A DNA stretch of 63,894 bases, filler included, from an uncultured bacterium (GCA_964372275.1; 4 parts of 4 records of this genome joined end to end with filler, not necessarily neighbours in it); one strand, 5' to 3'. Shown: positions 36,952 to 48,533, counted from the first letter of the whole stretch. Numbers and translations: made by a program. Notes: generated by a model from the sequence alone, not told the origin.

Positions 36952-39147
36952 ATGCGCACGCGCTCCCACGCCGTCCTGATCGCTCTGGCGCTCGCCCTCC
37001 CGGCCGGCGCCGGGGGGTGCAAGCGAAAGCCGTCGAACGCGGGGAACGGGCCGATCCCCTCCGAGTTCGGGCTCGACGCGCGTCCGTCCAATCCGACCTG
37101 CCTCGCCCCCGCGCGGCCGACCGTCGATTCGAACGTGACGCTCGAGCCCGCCTTCGCCGGGCTGCCGGCGTTCCTCTATCCGGTGGCGCTCCTGCAGAAG
37201 CCCGGCGACGGCACACGCTGGTACGTCGTCGAGAAGGGGGGGAAGGTCTTCACCTTCGCCAACGATCCCGGCGTCACGTCGCGGTCGGAGTTCCTGAACC
37301 TGACCGGCACCGTCTCCAGCGGCGGCTTCAACTCCGAGCGCGGGCTGCTCGGGATGGCGTTCCATCCCTCGTTCGCCTCCAACAAGCATCTCTTCGTCTC
37401 CTACACCGCCGGGAGCAGCGGCACCTCCAAGATCGTCCGCTTCAAGAGCAACGATGGCGGGCTGACCGCCGACCCGACCAGCGCCGCCGAGTTCCTCTCC
37501 CTCAACCAGCCGTACGCCAACCACAACGGCGGCGACATCCACTTCGGACCGGACGGCTACCTCTACATCGCCTTCGGCGACGGCGGGTCGGCGGGCGATC
37601 CGGGGAACCGGGCGCAGGATCCGTTCGAGCTGTTGGGAAAGATCCTGCGGATCGACGTCGACGGCGGCCCCCCCTACGACGTCCCCTCGACCAACCCCTT
37701 CGCCAGCGGCGCCGACGGCGCGGCCGAGGTGTACGCCCTCGGGATGCGCAATCCGTGGCGGTTCTCCTTCGACCGTGGCACCGGCGAGCTGTGGGCGGGG
37801 GACGTCGGCCAGGACTGCCACGAGGAGGTCGACCGGATCGAGCTGGGGGGCAACTACGGCTGGCGCGTGCGGGAGGGCTCGACCTGCTACGACAGCTTCG
37901 ACTGCACCCCCGACCCGTCGGACTGTCCGTCCGGCGGGTACGTCGACCCGGTCGTCGACTACCCGAACCCGGGCGAAGGGCAGTCGATCACCGGAGGATA
38001 CGTCTATCGCGGCTCCGCGATCCCGGCGCTGGTCGGCATCTACGTCTTCGGCGACTTCGCCAGCGGCACGATCTGGGGGATCTTCCACGACGACGACGGC
38101 GTCCCGTACCGCGATGTGCTGGTCGAGTCGGGGATGGCGATCTCCTCGTTCGGCGAAGGGGAGGACGGCGAGCTCTACGTCATCGACTACGCCGACGGGC
38201 GGCTGCACAAGATCGTGCCCGCCGGGACGGCGCCGGCGGACGGCTTCCCGCAAAAACTTTCGGAGACCGGCTGCTTCGACGCCGACGACCCCACGCGCCC
38301 GTTGCCCGGTCTGATCCCCTACACCGTGAACGTGCCGCTGTGGTCGGACGGGGCGGCGAAGGAGCGTTATCTGGCGATCCCCGACGGGACGACGATCGGG
38401 GTCGATCCGGAGTCGGGGGACTGGGACCTCCCCAACGGGACGGTGCTGGTGAAGACCTTCACGATCGGGGGGCAGCGGATCGAGACGCGGCTCCTCGTCC
38501 GGCACGACGACGGCGGCTGGGCCGGATACACCTACGAATGGGACGACGAGGAGATCGACGCCACGCTCCTCGCCTCCAGCAAGGCGCGCCCCGTCGGCTC
38601 GCTCACCTGGGGGTACCCCAGTCGCGCCGAGTGCCTGCAATGCCACACCGAGGCGGCGGGCCGGTCGCTCGGGCTGGAGAGCGCCCAGCTGAACCGCGAT
38701 TTCGTCTACGTCTCGACCAACCGGGAGGCGAATCAGATCGACACCCTGATCCACATCGGGATGTTCGGCGGGACGCTTCCCAGCAAGGAGTTCCGCTATT
38801 CGTCGATCCACGGAAACGACACGGTGGAGAAACGCGCGCGGTCCTACCTCCACGCCAACTGCTCCAACTGCCATCGGCCGGGCGGCACGGGACAGGGCGG
38901 GGCCGACCTGCGGGCCGCGACCGCCTTCGGGGAGATGGAGGTGTGCAACGTCGATCCGCAGGAGGGCGATCTCGACATCGACGGCGCGAAGCTCCTCGCC
39001 CCCGGGGAGCCCGACCTCTCGCTCCTGCTGGAGCGCATGAAGCGCCTCGACTCGAACCGGATGCCCGACATCGGGACCGGAGTCCCCGACGAGGACGCGA
39101 TCGACGTGATCGAGCACTGGATCGAGACGATCCCGAGCTGTCTCTAG
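36952..39147 (+). CDS. PQQ-dependent sugar dehydrogenase (GSDH) fused to diheme c-type cytochrome, lipoprotein
   Basis: ERGLLGMAFHP, NHNGG..FGPDGYLY, GMRNPWRFSFD, GGNYGW; PLWSDGAAKER, CLQCH, CSNCH, RMP. Confidence 0.92.
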   Translation: MRTRSHAVLIALALALPAGAGGCKRKPSNAGNGPIPSEFGLDARPSNPTCLAPARPTVDSNVTLEPAFAGLPAFLYPVALLQKPGDGTRWYVVEKGGKVFTFANDPGVTSRSEFLNLTGTVSSGGFNSERGLLGMAFHPSFASNKHLFVSYTAGSSGTSKIVRFKSNDGGLTADPTSAAEFLSLNQPYANHNGGDIHFGPDGYLYIAFGDGGSAGDPGNRAQDPFELLGKILRIDVDGGPPYDVPSTNPFASGADGAAEVYALGMRNPWRFSFDRGTGELWAGDVGQDCHEEVDRIELGGNYGWRVREGSTCYDSFDCTPDPSDCPSGGYVDPVVDYPNPGEGQSITGGYVYRGSAIPALVGIYVFGDFASGTIWGIFHDDDGVPYRDVLVESGMAISSFGEGEDGELYVIDYADGRLHKIVPAGTAPADGFPQKLSETGCFDADDPTRPLPGLIPYTVNVPLWSDGAAKERYLAIPDGTTIGVDPESGDWDLPNGTVLVKTFTIGGQRIETRLLVRHDDGGWAGYTYEWDDEEIDATLLASSKARPVGSLTWGYPSRAECLQCHTEAAGRSLGLESAQLNRDFVYVSTNREANQIDTLIHIGMFGGTLPSKEFRYSSIHGNDTVEKRARSYLHANCSNCHRPGGTGQGGADLRAATAFGEMEVCNVDPQEGDLDIDGAKLLAPGEPDLSLLLERMKRLDSNRMPDIGTGVPDEDAIDVIEHWIETIPSCL

Positions 39148-39649
39148 CGGGGATCGGTGGAGGCCCCCGACGTGCGCGAAGACGCGGACCCTTGCGTGGC
39201 GCGGATCCACGCCACCAGCGCGTCGAGCACCTCGGCGTTCGCCAGGAGCGCGGCGCCGGTCGCCGAGCCGCCGGCGATCACCATCTTCTTGGGGCCGGTG
39301 GCGCGCCCGTCCAGTACCAGCGCGCTCATCGCCGCGCGCTTGTCGCCGCGTCCGACGGCGAGGAAGAGCGGCCGGGCGCCGTAGGCCGCGACCAGCTCTT
39401 CGCCGTCGAGGTCCGGCGTGGCGAGCGGAGGGGAGATCAGCGCGACCCCGGCGAGCCGTCCTTCCTTCGCGCCGGTGGCCAGGGCCGCGAGCCCCCCGGC
39501 GCCGGCGCCGACGGCGAAGACCTTCGAAGGATCGCCCGCCGGCCGGCGGTGGAGCCACTCGAGCGCTCCGACGAGGTCGGGGACGATCGATCGGTCGGCG
39601 GCCGGAAGGTCGAGGATCAGCGTCGAGATCCCGACGGAATGCAATCGGG
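39144..39649 (-). CDS. Alpha/beta-hydrolase-fold protein, 5' truncated
   Basis: DLVGALEWL, KVFAVGAGAGG, GVALISP, RPLFLAVG; TAG shared with the GSDH gene (CTAG). Confidence 0.6.
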
Positions 39650-39749
39650 NNNNNNNNNNNNNNNNNNNNNNNNNNNNNNNNNNNNNNNNNNNNTTAATTA
39701 ATTAANNNNNNNNNNNNNNNNNNNNNNNNNNNNNNNNNNNNNNNNNNNN
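39650..39749. other. Artificial contig linker
   Basis: N44-TTAATTAATTAA-N44. Confidence 0.99.
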
Positions 39750-39923
<174 letters not shown>

Positions 39924-39926
39924 TCG

Positions 39927-41231
39927 ATGCGCTTCGAATCGTGGGTCGGATTCCGCTACCTGATCTCGAAGCGAAGCTCGATCTTCGTCTCGTTCATCTC
40001 GGTGATCACGGTGCTCGGCGTGGTGCTGGGGGTCGCGGCGCTGAACGTCACCCTGGCGGTGATGACCGGCTTCGAGGAGGACCTCAAGGCCAAGATCATC
40101 GGGATGAACGCGCACGCGGTCGTCCTCTCGCACCTGTCGACCTTCGAGCCCGATCCCCAGGCCGAGAAGACGATCCGGGAGACGCCGGGGGTGCTGGGGC
40201 TCACCCCGTTCACCTACAACGAGCTCCTGATGCAACAGGGGCCGCAGACCACCGGGGTGATCGTGCGCGGCGCCGACCCGTCCTCGATCGAGGCGGTCAC
40301 CGACCTGGTGTCGAACATCTGCCTGGAGGAGGAGGTCGGCGAGGCCTGCGGCAAGGCGCGGGGAACGCGGATCGACGACCGGCGCGCGGTGCTGGCGGAG
40401 GTCACGCGCGAGCACGAGATCAACGAGAGCGACAAGAAGGTGCCGGGGATCCTGATCGGCAGCCAGCTCGCGTCGCAGTTGTTCGTGGCCCCGGGGGAGG
40501 TGGTGCATCTCGTCGCGCCGGGGGCCGGGATCGGTCCGGGCGGAAACGTCGCCAAGGTGCGGAGCTTCTACGTCGTCGGCACCTTCCGCACCGGGATGTG
40601 GGAATACGACCAGAAGTTCGCCTTCACCTCGGTCGAGGCGGCGCAGCGCCTGTCGGGGGACGACGGGCGGATCGCCGGCTACGAGGTCAAGACCGACGAC
40701 CTCTACCACGCGCCGCAAATCGCGATCCGGATCCAGGAGCGTCTGGGCGGATACCCGTGGGTGGTGAAGAGCTGGGTCGACCTGAACGGCGCGTTGTTCG
40801 AGGCGCTCCGGCTGGAGAAGTTCGTGATGGGTCTGCTGCTCTCGATCATCACCGTCGTCGCCTCGTTCTCGATCGTTTCCATCCTGACGCTGATCGTCCT
40901 GGAGAAGACCAAGGAGATCGCGATCCTCAAGTCGATGGGGGCCTCCGACCGGAGGGTTCTGGGCATCTTCGCCATCGAGGGGTTCACGATCGGCGCCTCC
41001 GGGGTGGTGCTCGGCACGCTCGCCGGCTGGGGCGTCGCGCGCGCGCTCAAGGCCTACGGATTTCCGCTCGACACCACCGTCTACTACCTCGACGAGCTTC
41101 CGGTGATCCTCGAGCCGCTCAACTTCGGCGTGGTCGGGGCGGTGGGTCTGCTCATCACCTTCGTGGCGACGCTGATCCCGTCGATGGTCGCGGCCCGGCA
41201 GAATCCGGTGAACGGGTTGAACTATGAGTAG
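39927..41231 (+). CDS. lolE: Lipoprotein-releasing ABC transporter permease (LolC/E)
   Basis: [52 protein letters not shown]. Confidence 0.92.
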   Translation: MRFESWVGFRYLISKRSSIFVSFISVITVLGVVLGVAALNVTLAVMTGFEEDLKAKIIGMNAHAVVLSHLSTFEPDPQAEKTIRETPGVLGLTPFTYNELLMQQGPQTTGVIVRGADPSSIEAVTDLVSNICLEEEVGEACGKARGTRIDDRRAVLAEVTREHEINESDKKVPGILIGSQLASQLFVAPGEVVHLVAPGAGIGPGGNVAKVRSFYVVGTFRTGMWEYDQKFAFTSVEAAQRLSGDDGRIAGYEVKTDDLYHAPQIAIRIQERLGGYPWVVKSWVDLNGALFEALRLEKFVMGLLLSIITVVASFSIVSILTLIVLEKTKEIAILKSMGASDRRVLGIFAIEGFTIGASGVVLGTLAGWGVARALKAYGFPLDTTVYYLDELPVILEPLNFGVVGAVGLLITFVATLIPSMVAARQNPVNGLNYE

Positions 41232-42012
41232 GGCGACGGGGGGAGGGAATCCGGGGGAGCGGACCGACCTGGCGGCCGAGATCGTCGTCGCCGGGTTGGC
41301 GAAGAGCTATCCCGTTCCGTGGCAGAAGGGAAACGGGGCGCTGCCTGCGTTGCAGGTGCTTCGGGGCGTCGACTTCACCGTCCGCGCCGGAGAGCGGGTG
41401 GCGATCGTCGGCGCGTCGGGGGCCGGGAAGAGCACGCTCCTCCATCTAGTGGGAACCCTCGACCGGCCGACCTCCGGACGGATCTCGATCGGCGGGCAAG
41501 ACGTCGAGAGGTGGCCTGGACCGCGCCTGGCGCGGTTCCGCAACGAGACGCTCGGCTTCATCTTCCAGTTCCACCACCTCCTGCCCGACTTCAGCGCCTT
41601 GGAGAACGTGATGATGCCGGCGGTCATCGCCGGGCGCGGGCGGCGGGAGGCCGAAGCGCTCGCCCGGGAGGGGTTGGACGCGGTCGGCCTGGCCGATCGC
41701 GCCGAGCACCGGCCGGGGGAGCTGTCGGGCGGGGAGCGCCAGCGCGTCGCCGTCGCGCGGGCGATCGTGCTCCGGCCTCCGATCCTCCTGGCCGACGAGC
41801 CGACGGGGAACCTCGACGCGAAGACCGGGGGGGCGATCCACGAGCTGTTGGCCCGGATCAACGAGGAGCGTCGCGTCTCGCTGGTGACGGTGACGCACAA
41901 CCCCGAGCTCGCGCGGCGGATGCACCGGCAGATCCGGCTGGTGGAGGGCCGGGCGGTCGAGGAGAGCCCCGGGACGGCGATGGAGATCCCGATGGAGGCG
42001 CAGCGACCGTGA
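41224..42012 (+). CDS. lolD: Lipoprotein-releasing ABC transporter ATP-binding protein
   Basis: [42 protein letters not shown]. Confidence 0.93.
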   Translation: MSRATGGGNPGERTDLAAEIVVAGLAKSYPVPWQKGNGALPALQVLRGVDFTVRAGERVAIVGASGAGKSTLLHLVGTLDRPTSGRISIGGQDVERWPGPRLARFRNETLGFIFQFHHLLPDFSALENVMMPAVIAGRGRREAEALAREGLDAVGLADRAEHRPGELSGGERQRVAVARAIVLRPPILLADEPTGNLDAKTGGAIHELLARINEERRVSLVTVTHNPELARRMHRQIRLVEGRAVEESPGTAMEIPMEAQRP

Positions 42013-44405
42013 CCTTGCGCCGCGCGCGGATCGTTCTCCACCCGCTGCTCGCGATCGCCTTCGCGGCGCCGGCGGCGGCCCAGCGGAGGCTGCCGGAGCC
42101 GCCGGTCGCAGAGGCGCCGGCCGGCCGGATCCGCGAGATCCGGATCGAAGGGAACCGCAAGGCGGAGGCCGACGCGATCCGCTCCCGCATCCGGTCGCGC
42201 GTCGGCGAGCCGGTCGATCCGTCGCAGGTGGCCGCCGACATCCGCGAGATCTACGACCTCGGGCTGTTCCGGGACGTCGTGGTCGACGCGGAACCGGCCG
42301 CCGGCGGGGTCGCGCTGGTCTATCGCGTGGTGGAGAAGCCGTCGATCTGGAGCATCACCTTCGAGGGGAACGACAAGGTCTCGCAGAAGGACCTCGAAGG
42401 GGTGGTCGAGGTGAAGCCGTTCTCGATCCTGGACAAGGCGGCGATCGCCCGCAGCATCGAGAAGATCAAGACGCACTACGCCGAAAAGGGGTTCTTCCTG
42501 GCCGACGTCGTCGCCCGGCCGAAGGAGATCAAGGGGAACCGCGTCGTCCTCGTCTTCCGCATCGACGAGGGGAAGAAGGTCCAAGTGCGGCGCATCCACT
42601 TCCTGGGGAACAAGTTCGCCAAGGACGCCGACCTGCGGCAGGCGATGCTGACCAAGGAGGGGAACGCCTTCTCCTGGCTCACCTCGCGGGGTACCTACCG
42701 CGAGGACGTCTTCGCCGGCGACGTCGAACTGCTCTCCAGCTACTACCTCGACCACGGCTTCATCAACGCGCAGATCGACCCGCCCCGGGTGTCGCTTTCC
42801 CGCGACAAGCGGTGGATCACGATCACCATCAACATCCGCGAAGGGGATCCGTACACCGTCTCGTCGGTCGATCTGAAGGGGGACCTTCCCGGGGAGGGGC
42901 TCTCCTTGCCGCTTCCGGACGGTGCCGACGCCGCCACCAAGGCGCGCGCGCGGGAGGAGCAGAAGGAGCTGCTCGACCTCCTGATCGCCAAGCCCGGGGA
43001 GACGTTCAGCCGCTCGCGCATCGGCCAGGACATCGTCCGGCTCACCGAGCGCTTCAGCGACGACGGCTACGCCTTCGCCAACATCTATCCGCTCACCGAG
43101 GTCGACAACGAGAAGCGGACGATCGCCATCGCCTTCGACGTGCAGAAGGGGGAGAAGGTCTACCTGGAGCGGATCAACGTCCGGGGGAACACCATCACCC
43201 GCGACAAGGTGATCCGCCGCGAGCTGCAGCTCGCGGAAGGGGACCTGTTCAGCGGGGCGAAGCTGAAGCGCAGCCGGGAGAACATCCTCCGCCTCGGCTA
43301 CTTCGAGGACGTCTCCTTCACCACCCCGCGCGGCTCGGCCGACAACCAGTTGGTGCTGAACATCGACGTCAAGGAGAAGCCGACCGGGATCTTCTCCATC
43401 GGTGCCGGATTCTCCTCGGCCGAGAACTTCGTCTTCACCGCCCAGATCCAGAAGAACAACTTCCTGGGCCTGGGCTATTCGATGGCGGCCTCGACCGACA
43501 TCTCCAGCCTGCGGCAGCGGTTCGCGCTGCACTTCCTCAACCCGTTCCTGTTCGACACCGAGTGGACGTCGGGGATCGACCTCTACAACCAGCAGTACGC
43601 CTTCCGCAGCTTCACGCGCCTCGACCGCGGCGGCGACATCTCCTTCGGGCACTACCTCGACCGGCGCCGCGAATCGCTGCTCGTCGGCAGCTACAAGCTG
43701 GAGGACACGCAGCTGGGGGACGTCAACGACGCGCTGCGGCCGATCTTCGGCGAGCCGGGGCTCACCTCCTCGGTGCGCGGAACGCTCTCCTGGGACCGGC
43801 GGGACAATCGCCTCTTTCCCACGCGGGGGTTTTACACCAGCCTCTCGACCGAATACGCCGGCGGTCCGTTCGGCGGCGACCTCGACTTCCTGCGTTTTTC
43901 GGCCAACGCCCGCGGCTTCTACCCGGTCGGAATCGAGGCGTTCCGCCCGGTGCTGCGGGCGAACGCGACGCTCGGCCAGATCTACAGCACCGACGGCGAG
44001 CCGGTCCCGGTCTTCGAGCGCTACTACGCCGGCGGAATCAACTCGGTCCGCGGTTACTACCTCAACTCGCTCGGGCCGACGCAGCGGGTGTTGGGGAGCG
44101 GAGATCCGCAATCGACCGACCAGCGCCTGCCGGTGGGGGGGAACCAGCTGGCGCTCGTGAACCTCGAGGTGGAGTTCCCGATCATCCAGCAGGCGGCGAT
44201 CCGGGGCGTGCTGTTCTACGACGCCGGGAACGCCTTCGCCGCCGAGGATCGGATCTCCTGGGGCGGGATGCGGAAGTCGTACGGATTCGGCATCCGCTGG
44301 TTCAGCCCCATCGGACCGCTCCGGTTCGAATGGGGCTTCCCGATCGACCGGCGGCCGGACGAGGAGAAGCGCCAGTTCGAGTTCACCATCGGGAGCTTCT
44401 TCTAG
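42009..44405 (+). CDS. bamA: Outer membrane protein assembly factor
   Basis: GTG overlap start; five POTRA-like repeats, [37 protein letters not shown]. Confidence 0.97.
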   Translation: MTLRRARIVLHPLLAIAFAAPAAAQRRLPEPPVAEAPAGRIREIRIEGNRKAEADAIRSRIRSRVGEPVDPSQVAADIREIYDLGLFRDVVVDAEPAAGGVALVYRVVEKPSIWSITFEGNDKVSQKDLEGVVEVKPFSILDKAAIARSIEKIKTHYAEKGFFLADVVARPKEIKGNRVVLVFRIDEGKKVQVRRIHFLGNKFAKDADLRQAMLTKEGNAFSWLTSRGTYREDVFAGDVELLSSYYLDHGFINAQIDPPRVSLSRDKRWITITINIREGDPYTVSSVDLKGDLPGEGLSLPLPDGADAATKARAREEQKELLDLLIAKPGETFSRSRIGQDIVRLTERFSDDGYAFANIYPLTEVDNEKRTIAIAFDVQKGEKVYLERINVRGNTITRDKVIRRELQLAEGDLFSGAKLKRSRENILRLGYFEDVSFTTPRGSADNQLVLNIDVKEKPTGIFSIGAGFSSAENFVFTAQIQKNNFLGLGYSMAASTDISSLRQRFALHFLNPFLFDTEWTSGIDLYNQQYAFRSFTRLDRGGDISFGHYLDRRRESLLVGSYKLEDTQLGDVNDALRPIFGEPGLTSSVRGTLSWDRRDNRLFPTRGFYTSLSTEYAGGPFGGDLDFLRFSANARGFYPVGIEAFRPVLRANATLGQIYSTDGEPVPVFERYYAGGINSVRGYYLNSLGPTQRVLGSGDPQSTDQRLPVGGNQLALVNLEVEFPIIQQAAIRGVLFYDAGNAFAAEDRISWGGMRKSYGFGIRWFSPIGPLRFEWGFPIDRRPDEEKRQFEFTIGSFF

Positions 44406-44945
44406 ATGCGCGCACGTCGACTGGCAGGGGGCGCCGTTCTCATCGCCGCCACGGTTTCGGTCGCGCCGCCGCGCGCGTCGGCGCAGCCGGCGCCGAAGAT
44501 CGCCTTCGTCGACCTGGAGTACGCCCTCAACAACGTCGACGAGGGGAAGAAGGCGAAGGCGGTCCTGGAACAGGACTACAAGCGGAAGAAGGAGGAGCTG
44601 GAGGCGACGCGGTCCCAGCTCGTCCGCATGGAGGGGGATCTCAAGTCGCAGGTGCTCGTTCTTTCGGAGGAGGCGCGTCGGGCGAAGACGCAGGAGCTCG
44701 GGGTGGCGCAGGCCAAGTACGAGGCCGACAAGAAGGCTGCCTACGAGAGCTGGCAGAAGAAGGAGGCCAGCTTGACCCGCGATCTCCTCGAGCGGCTGAC
44801 GGCGATCGTGCAGCAGATCGGCCGGGAGGGGGGCTACACCTTCATCCTGGAGCGGCACGACGCCTCGGTGCTCTACGCGCCGGAGAACGTCGACCTCACG
44901 CGACAGGTGATCGAGCGCTTCAACAAGCAGGGAGGATCGCGATGA
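44406..44945 (+). CDS. skp: OmpH/Skp periplasmic chaperone
   Basis: KIAFVDL, coiled coil, GYTFILE...VLYA...DLT; directly after bamA. Confidence 0.92.
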   Translation: MRARRLAGGAVLIAATVSVAPPRASAQPAPKIAFVDLEYALNNVDEGKKAKAVLEQDYKRKKEELEATRSQLVRMEGDLKSQVLVLSEEARRAKTQELGVAQAKYEADKKAAYESWQKKEASLTRDLLERLTAIVQQIGREGGYTFILERHDASVLYAPENVDLTRQVIERFNKQGGSR

Positions 44946-45490
44946 GCGGGGACAGGGGTCCGGAGAGCCCCCCGGGGGAGCGCGGACGCGCGGACAAGGC
45001 TCCGGCCGCCGGGGCGATGGACATCCAGGAGCTTCTGCAGACGCTTCCCCACCGCTACCCGTTCCTGATGGTCGACCGCGTCACCGAGTGGGAGCCCGCC
45101 AAGCGGGCGCGCGGCTACAAGAACGTGACGGTCAACGAGCCGTTCTTCACCGGGCACTTCCCGGGCCGGCCGATCATGCCCGGGGTGATGATCGTGGAGT
45201 CGATGGCGCAGGTGGCGGCGACGCTCGCCATGCGCGGCGAAGGGGGGAAGGAGAACCAGGTCTACCTTCTCGGCGTCGACGACTTCCGGATCCGCAAGCC
45301 GGTCGTTCCGGGTGATCGCCTGGAGATCCTCATCGACGTGCTGAAGGTGAAGGGGGCCTTCTGGCGATTCCGGGGCACCGCCACCGTCGACGGCGCCGAG
45401 GTGGCGTCCGGGGAGTTCCTCGCCGCGGTCACCAAGGCGGACGGGAGCGCCGGCGCCGTCGAACGGGAGAAGAAGGGGACCGCCTCGTGA
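44942..45490 (+). CDS. fabZ: 3-hydroxyacyl-ACP dehydratase
   Basis: LPHRYPFLMVDRV, KNVTVNEPFFTGHFP..PIMPGV; ATGA overlap (alternative start 45017). Confidence 0.96.
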   Translation: MSGDRGPESPPGERGRADKAPAAGAMDIQELLQTLPHRYPFLMVDRVTEWEPAKRARGYKNVTVNEPFFTGHFPGRPIMPGVMIVESMAQVAATLAMRGEGGKENQVYLLGVDDFRIRKPVVPGDRLEILIDVLKVKGAFWRFRGTATVDGAEVASGEFLAAVTKADGSAGAVEREKKGTAS

Positions 45491-46323
45491 GCGCCTCCAT
45501 CCACCCGACCGCCCACGTCGAGAAGGGGGCCGAGCTCGCCGACGGAGTGCAGGTCGGTCCCGCGGCCTACGTCGGTGCCCACGTGAAGATCGGCCGCGGG
45601 ACGGTCGTCTCTCCGCACGCGGTCGTCGACGGACACACGGAGCTCGGCGAAGGGAACGTCGTATACCCCTACGCCTCGGTGGGGACGCGCCCGCAGGACC
45701 TGAAGTACAAAGGGGAACCGACCGTCCTCAAGATCGGCCATCGCAACCAGATCCGCGAGTTCACCACCCTCAATGTGGGGACCGTACAAGGCGGCGGGGT
45801 GACGACCCTCGGGTCGGAGAACCTGATCATGGCCTACGCCCACGTCGCCCACGACTGCCATGTCGGCGACCGGTGCGTCCTGACCAACGGGGTACAGCTC
45901 GCCGGCCACGTGACGCTCGAAGAGTACGTCATCGTCGGCGCGATGGCGGCGATCCACCAGTTCGTGCGGATCGGCGCCCACGCCATCCTCTCCGCCGGAT
46001 CGATGATCGGGCGCGACGTTCCGCCGTTCTGCATCGCGGCCGGACGCGGCGGACTGCTTTACGGCCTCAACACGATCGGTCTCAAGCGCCGCGGCTTTTC
46101 CGCCGAGACACGCTCGGCGATGAAGCGCGCCTACCGCGCGGCCTTCCGGTCGGGGTTGTCGGTCCCGAAGGCGATCGAGGCGTTGCGGCGCGACTTCGCG
46201 GGCGTGGCCGAGGCGGAACGGATGGCGGAGTTCATGGCGGCTTCCAAGCGGGGCCTGTGCATCGACTCCAGCCGCCGCAAGGGGAAGCGCGTCGAGACCG
46301 GCAGCGAAGAGGCCGAGGGATAG
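45487..46323 (+). CDS. lpxA: UDP-N-acetylglucosamine acyltransferase
   Basis: IHPTA, PQDLKYKGE, IREF, HVAHDC, LAGHV, HQF, DVPP, GLNTIGLKRRGF. Confidence 0.97.
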   Translation: MSASIHPTAHVEKGAELADGVQVGPAAYVGAHVKIGRGTVVSPHAVVDGHTELGEGNVVYPYASVGTRPQDLKYKGEPTVLKIGHRNQIREFTTLNVGTVQGGGVTTLGSENLIMAYAHVAHDCHVGDRCVLTNGVQLAGHVTLEEYVIVGAMAAIHQFVRIGAHAILSAGSMIGRDVPPFCIAAGRGGLLYGLNTIGLKRRGFSAETRSAMKRAYRAAFRSGLSVPKAIEALRRDFAGVAEAERMAEFMAASKRGLCIDSSRRKGKRVETGSEEAEG

Positions 46324-46329
46324 GCCGGA

Positions 46330-47337
46330 ATGGCGCCTCTACGGTTCGGGGTGGTCGGTTGCGGATACCTCGGGCGCTTCCACGCCGAGAAGTACGCGGC
46401 GATGGCCTCCGACGGGGTGCAGCTGGTGGGTGCCTGCGACATCGCTCTCGACCGCGCGCAGGAGGTGGTCCAGAAGCTCGGCGTCGGAACGGCGTTCGCG
46501 GAGGTCTCCGGGCTCGTCGCGGCCGGCGTCGACGCGGTCAGTGTCGTGGTGCCGACGCACCTGCACCACGCGGTGGCCAAGCCGCTCCTCGAGGCCGGCG
46601 TCGACTGCCTGGTCGAGAAGCCGTTCGCGGTGACGCTCGAGGAGGCCGACGACCTGATCGCCACCGCCGCCGCGCGCGGAAGGGTGCTGCAGGTCGGGCA
46701 CCTGGAGCGATTCAACCCGGTGATGCTCTCGCTCAAGGAGAAGATCCGGAATCCGATGTTCGTGGAGAGCCACCGCTTGAGCTCCTTCGGCGAGCGGGGG
46801 ACCGAGGTCGACGTGATCCTCGACCTGATGATCCACGACCTCGACATCATCCTGATGGCGGTCGACAGCGAGGTGATCCAGGTCTCGGCGGTCGGGATCC
46901 CGGTGCTCACCGACAAGATCGACATCGCCAACGCGCGTCTCGAATTCGCCAGCGGCTGCGTGGCGAACGTGACCGCCTCGCGGGTCTCGACCGGACGCAT
47001 GCGGAAGATCCGGCTGTTCCAGGCCGACGCCTACCTCTCGATCGACTATCAGGCCAAGAACGTCCAGGTCGTGCGGCGCACGGCGGAGCCGGGAAGGGCG
47101 CCATCGATCGGCGGAGAGCTGCTCGAGATCCGGGAAGGGGATGCGCTGGAGGCGGAGCTCCGCTCCTTTGTCGCCAGCGTCCGCGCGCGGTCGCGCCCGG
47201 CGGTCACTGGAGAAGACGGCCGCAACGCGCTCAAGCTCGCCCACGACGTCGCCGACGCGATCCGCCGGCGCGCGGCCGCCGCGCGCGACCGTCTGCCGGC
47301 CGGGATCGCCGACTCGATCCTCGCCCGCCGGACATGA
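46330..47337 (+). CDS. gnnA: Gfo/Idh/MocA oxidoreductase, probable UDP-GlcNAc 3-dehydrogenase
   Basis: GVVGCGYLGRFHA, VEKP, QVGHLERFNP, DVILDLMIHD, ANARLEF, TASRVS; located between lpxA and lpxB. Confidence 0.8.
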   Translation: MAPLRFGVVGCGYLGRFHAEKYAAMASDGVQLVGACDIALDRAQEVVQKLGVGTAFAEVSGLVAAGVDAVSVVVPTHLHHAVAKPLLEAGVDCLVEKPFAVTLEEADDLIATAAARGRVLQVGHLERFNPVMLSLKEKIRNPMFVESHRLSSFGERGTEVDVILDLMIHDLDIILMAVDSEVIQVSAVGIPVLTDKIDIANARLEFASGCVANVTASRVSTGRMRKIRLFQADAYLSIDYQAKNVQVVRRTAEPGRAPSIGGELLEIREGDALEAELRSFVASVRARSRPAVTGEDGRNALKLAHDVADAIRRRAAAARDRLPAGIADSILARRT

Positions 47338-48533
47338 GCGCCGGGTCCGCCGGCGGAGGCCAGGCCCCCCGACGCCTGATGATCGTCGCGGGGGAGGCGT
47401 CGGGGGATTCGCACGGAGCGGCCCTGGTCCGGGAGCTGCGCCGCGCCGATCCGGGCCTCGAGGTGTTCGGGTGTGGCGGTCCGCGGATGCGGGAGGCCGG
47501 CGTCGACGTCGTCTTCGACTCCAAGAGCGTGGCGGTGGTCGGGGCCTCGGAGGTGGTGTCGCGGCTGCCGACGATCCTGCGGGTGCTGGCGTGGCTCCAG
47601 GCGGCGCTGGAGGAGGTCCGGCCCGACGCCGTCGTCCTGATCGACTTTCCCGACTTCAACTTCCGCGTCGCCGCCGCCGCGCGCGCAGCCGGGGTGCCGG
47701 TCTTCTACTACATCTCGCCGCAGATCTGGGCCTGGCGTCGCGGCCGGGCGCGATTCCTCGCGCGCACCGTTGCCGGGATGGCGGTGATCTTCCCCTTCGA
47801 AGCGGAGCTCTACCGCGCGTGGGGGCTGCCGGCGCGCTTCGTCGGACACCCGATCATGGACGGGCCGTTCGGCGCCGTTCCCGACCGCACCGCGGCGCGG
47901 ATCGATCTCGGCCTCGACGCCGCCACGCCGGCCATCGCGCTGCTGCCGGGAAGCCGGGAGAGCGAGGTGGGGCACCACCTGGCGCCGATGATCGCCGCCG
48001 CGTCGCTCCTTGCGCGCGAGATCCCGGGGGCCGTCTTCCTTCTGCCGGTCGCGCCGACCCTCGATCGCCGGCGCCTCGAAGGCGCGCTCGGCGGGTCGGC
48101 GGCGCCGATTCGGCTGATCGAGGGGGACGCGGAGCGGCCGGCCAGCCTGCGCGTGCTGGCGGCGGCCGACCTCGCCGCCGTCAAGTCGGGGACGTCGACG
48201 GTCGAGGCGGCGCTCGCCCAGGTCCCGTTCGTCGTCGTCTACCGGCTTTCGGCGGCGACCTACGCGCTGGGCCGCCTCCTGGTGCGGGTCCCGTTCATCG
48301 CCATGGCGAACCTGATCGCCGGGCGGGAGGTGGCGCCGGAGCTGGTGCAGGGGGCGTTCACCCCCGAGCGGCTGGCGGCGGAGATCGTCGCGCTGCACCG
48401 GGATCCGGCGCGACGCGAGCGGATCCGCGCCGGCCTGGCGGAGGTCCGGGGCAGGCTCGGTGGCCCCGGCGCCTCGGCGCGCGCCGCGGAGATGGTGCTC
48501 GAGCTGTTGGCGACCGAGGCGGAGGGCGGATGA
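47334..48533 (+). CDS. lpxB: Lipid-A-disaccharide synthase
   Basis: AGEASGD, IDFPDFN, YYISPQIWAWR, IFPFE, FVGHP, LLPGSR, KSGT. Confidence 0.97.
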   Translation: MSAGSAGGGQAPRRLMIVAGEASGDSHGAALVRELRRADPGLEVFGCGGPRMREAGVDVVFDSKSVAVVGASEVVSRLPTILRVLAWLQAALEEVRPDAVVLIDFPDFNFRVAAAARAAGVPVFYYISPQIWAWRRGRARFLARTVAGMAVIFPFEAELYRAWGLPARFVGHPIMDGPFGAVPDRTAARIDLGLDAATPAIALLPGSRESEVGHHLAPMIAAASLLAREIPGAVFLLPVAPTLDRRRLEGALGGSAAPIRLIEGDAERPASLRVLAAADLAAVKSGTSTVEAALAQVPFVVVYRLSAATYALGRLLVRVPFIAMANLIAGREVAPELVQGAFTPERLAAEIVALHRDPARRERIRAGLAEVRGRLGGPGASARAAEMVLELLATEAEGG

